Position numbers and translations under genes: made by a program | Shown: positions 48,540-50,704 of the stretch, in pieces | Layout of the letters: each line of letters opens with the position of its first letter | Position numbering within the stretch: position 1 is the first letter of the stretch | Notes under the pieces: generated by a model | The model's database searches: none | What the model was told of the DNA's origin: nothing | Seen by the model: only the letters and a program-made list of their open reading frames with translations | Assembly: GCF_001194135.2 (NCBI RefSeq) | Contig: NC_068981.1 | Span: 61,103,054-61,153,757, forward strand | Direction: 5' to 3' | From: Octopus bimaculoides | Taxonomy: Eukaryota | Length of the DNA stretch: 50,704 bases

Positions 48540-49300
48540 TGATCATTAACAGGTCACATCAATGTTATTCAGATTTAAAACGCCCCACAAAAAAGAAAAT
48601 ATTTATATGCAATGGATATGCCATTAAATTGGCTCACATCTGACATCTATTATAAATAAATTTACACATTTACTCCCCCAAAAAGACTAACTCATGCACA
48701 TACGCATATTAATGTTCAAAAACCTTCACTCACATTTGTACTATAACATGTTAGCACTTCAAAGCCCGATGAACACTACCCCATACATACACACGCAAAG
48801 AAATATATACTTCCAACTAGATAAACTTCTAAATACACAGATGAAATTAAAACAGAACTTTCCACAAACCCACAGAACATACCAATGAATTTTCAATACA
48901 AATTTGCCAAGCCAGCAAGCAGAAAAACCGACGAGATTTTTCCACACAAAATAGTTGCTAATAAATCTTCAACAGCGACACACAAATATCTCTCCTAAAT
49001 AAACGTATCAATTATCAGAGAGATATCTACTCAATAGATATCACTTGAATTAGTTTAATTGGAATAAGATATAAGGAACTATCTGCAATAATGTTATACA
49101 AGTTTATCACATATATAGCATTTTATATCCTAGCTCATGTGAGCAGTCTCAACCTCTACATCACAATATGATTACTACTGGTATTTCTTCATCTAATATA
49201 ATTCCCCAACTATGCTTGATAGCAACAATTACCCAATTCTAAAGTTGTATATTGACTATGGTTATAAATGGCCCATATCAACTTTCAATACAACAGGTGG
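48540..49300 (+). mobile_element. Decayed Penelope-like RT remnant
   Basis: ENIYMQWICH*IGSHLTS (YxQxxGxxMGSPLS-like), MNTTPYIH..QLDKLL (LNxxHPxI..FLD-like) and FHKPT (YRKPT-like), in the correct order. Confidence 0.4.
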
Positions 49301-49752
49301 TGAATATCTAACATATAAACAATGCTAATATAGTATTGTGTGTAGACATAACTACAAATATTAATGTTTTATGAGTATCCTTCTCCCAATTTTAAGTAAC
49401 TCCTTCCTCTATCATTTCCTTAGTTCTCTTCACTCCCCTGTAATTTGTCTTCCTCTTTTCTCTGATCTACTTGCATCCTCCCATCTTTTCCTCCCTCCCC
49501 TATGCAGTCACCATTCCTTCAGTGTTCTTTGTTATAACCAGAAAGGTTGTCCAATTTCTCTCATTTGAACAATAGACCAGTTGAGCAAATTTATCAGTTA
49601 TGTACCTATAATGACTACTGAAAACAGGTGTAATCATACTTCGCTCCAATGAAGGAAAGGTATGTAATGACTATTATATTAAATGTGTTATTATATGTGT
49701 ATATACACCCCCACACACACCACACATACATACACACACACACGCATGCACG

Positions 49753-49795
<43 letters not shown>

Positions 49796-50085
49796 ACATA
49801 TATATGTGTGAACGATTGTTTGAAAATACAATTTTAAAGATGTTTGATGACTTGACCGGTTTCACATTTTTAGACACAGATTGTCAAAAGTAAAATGTAA
49901 AGCTTTGTATAAGCTTTGTTGTGATAAGTACTGGTTATCACAAAGGTATTAAAATACAGTTATACCTTCTTTGATAATAATAAGAACATGTTAGAAATAT
50001 TTTGCAAGAAAGTATTTAGGAAAGTATTCAACAAAGTGTATTATGTGTTCAATAAAAATCAGGTTTGTTTAGTAGTATATTTATA

Positions 50086-50226
50086 CACAGAAGGAGATGT
50101 ATTTAAGAATTTACAAAAAATTGGAGAGGAACTGACCTGTCTTTCTGACATTTTCAGAAAATGTCAGAAAGATATGCAGGTTCCTCTCCAATTTTTTGTG
50201 AATTCTTAAATATATCTCCTTCTGTG
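50086..50226. repeat. Long fold-back: 70-bp arms (63/70 match), 1-nt loop
   Basis: 50086-50155 versus the reverse complement of 50157-50226. Termini CACAG...CTGTG. Confidence 0.97.
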
Positions 50227-50273
50227 CGTGTGTGTGTGTCTGTGTGTGTGTGTGTGTGTATGTGTGTGCATGC

Positions 50274-50306
<33 letters not shown>

Positions 50307-50307
<1 letters not shown>

Positions 50308-50680
50308 TCATGTGACTGCGGACATGTTGGAGCACTGCCTTTAGTCGAGCATATTGACCCCAGAACTTATTCTTTGTAAGCCTAGTACTTATTCTATTGG
50401 TCTGTTTTGCGGAACCTCTAAGTTACGGGGAGGTAATCACACCCAGTAGCAATTGTCAATCGATGTTGGGGTGACAAACACAGACACGCAAACATATAAA
50501 CACACATACACATATATGACGGGCTTCTTTCAGTTTCCGTCTACCAAATCCACTCAGAGGGCTTTGGTCGGCCGGAGGCTATAGTAGGAGACACCTTCCC
50601 AGGGTGCCACGCAGTGGGAACGAACTCGGAACAATGTAGTTCGTAAGCAAGCTACTTTACACACAGCCACTCTTGCGCCT
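50307..50680 (-). mobile_element. SINE family A, near full length
   Basis: Minus strand AGGCGCAAGAGTGGCTGTGTG..GAGTTCGTTCCC head, core, internal TG tract, and tail GGCAGTGCTCCAACATGTCCGCAGTC. (TA)n at the 5' side. Confidence 0.92.
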
Positions 50681-50704
50681 ATATATTATGTATATATATA
50701 TATA

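Noticed and set aside
49988-50209. 73-aa ORF
   Set aside because: It runs through the fold-back repeat and has no recognisable homology.
20893-50680. tRNA genes
   Set aside because: The A/B boxes belong to SINE heads, and no complete cloverleaf was seen.

Overview
AT-rich animal genomic DNA with seven N gaps and many microsatellites. The SINE families resemble those of octopus/coleoid cephalopods (inferred from my recall of the repeat consensus, not a database search). I could not confidently identify any host protein-coding gene, rRNA, tRNA or CRISPR array. Most ORF-track entries are microsatellite translations, gap read-throughs or antisense/fragmentary frames of transposon fossils. The window is mainly decayed mobile elements: five Penelope-like (RT/GIY-YIG) remnants, R4/Dong- and R2/NeSL-like non-LTR pieces, mariner and maT-like Tc1/mariner remnants, a mariner MITE, a near full-length Chapaev3-like DNA transposon with both ends, an internally deleted Helitron, and three tRNA-derived SINE families (A, B and C are my own labels). 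The structures best worth follow-up are three near-perfect fold-back hairpins (9319-9404, 41845-41926, 50086-50226), a decayed hammerhead-like motif at a Penelope 3' end, a SINE-on-SINE insertion with a 39-49 bp duplication, three local tandem duplications, and a speculative set of minus-strand exon candidates. I see no well-supported novel multi-gene system.
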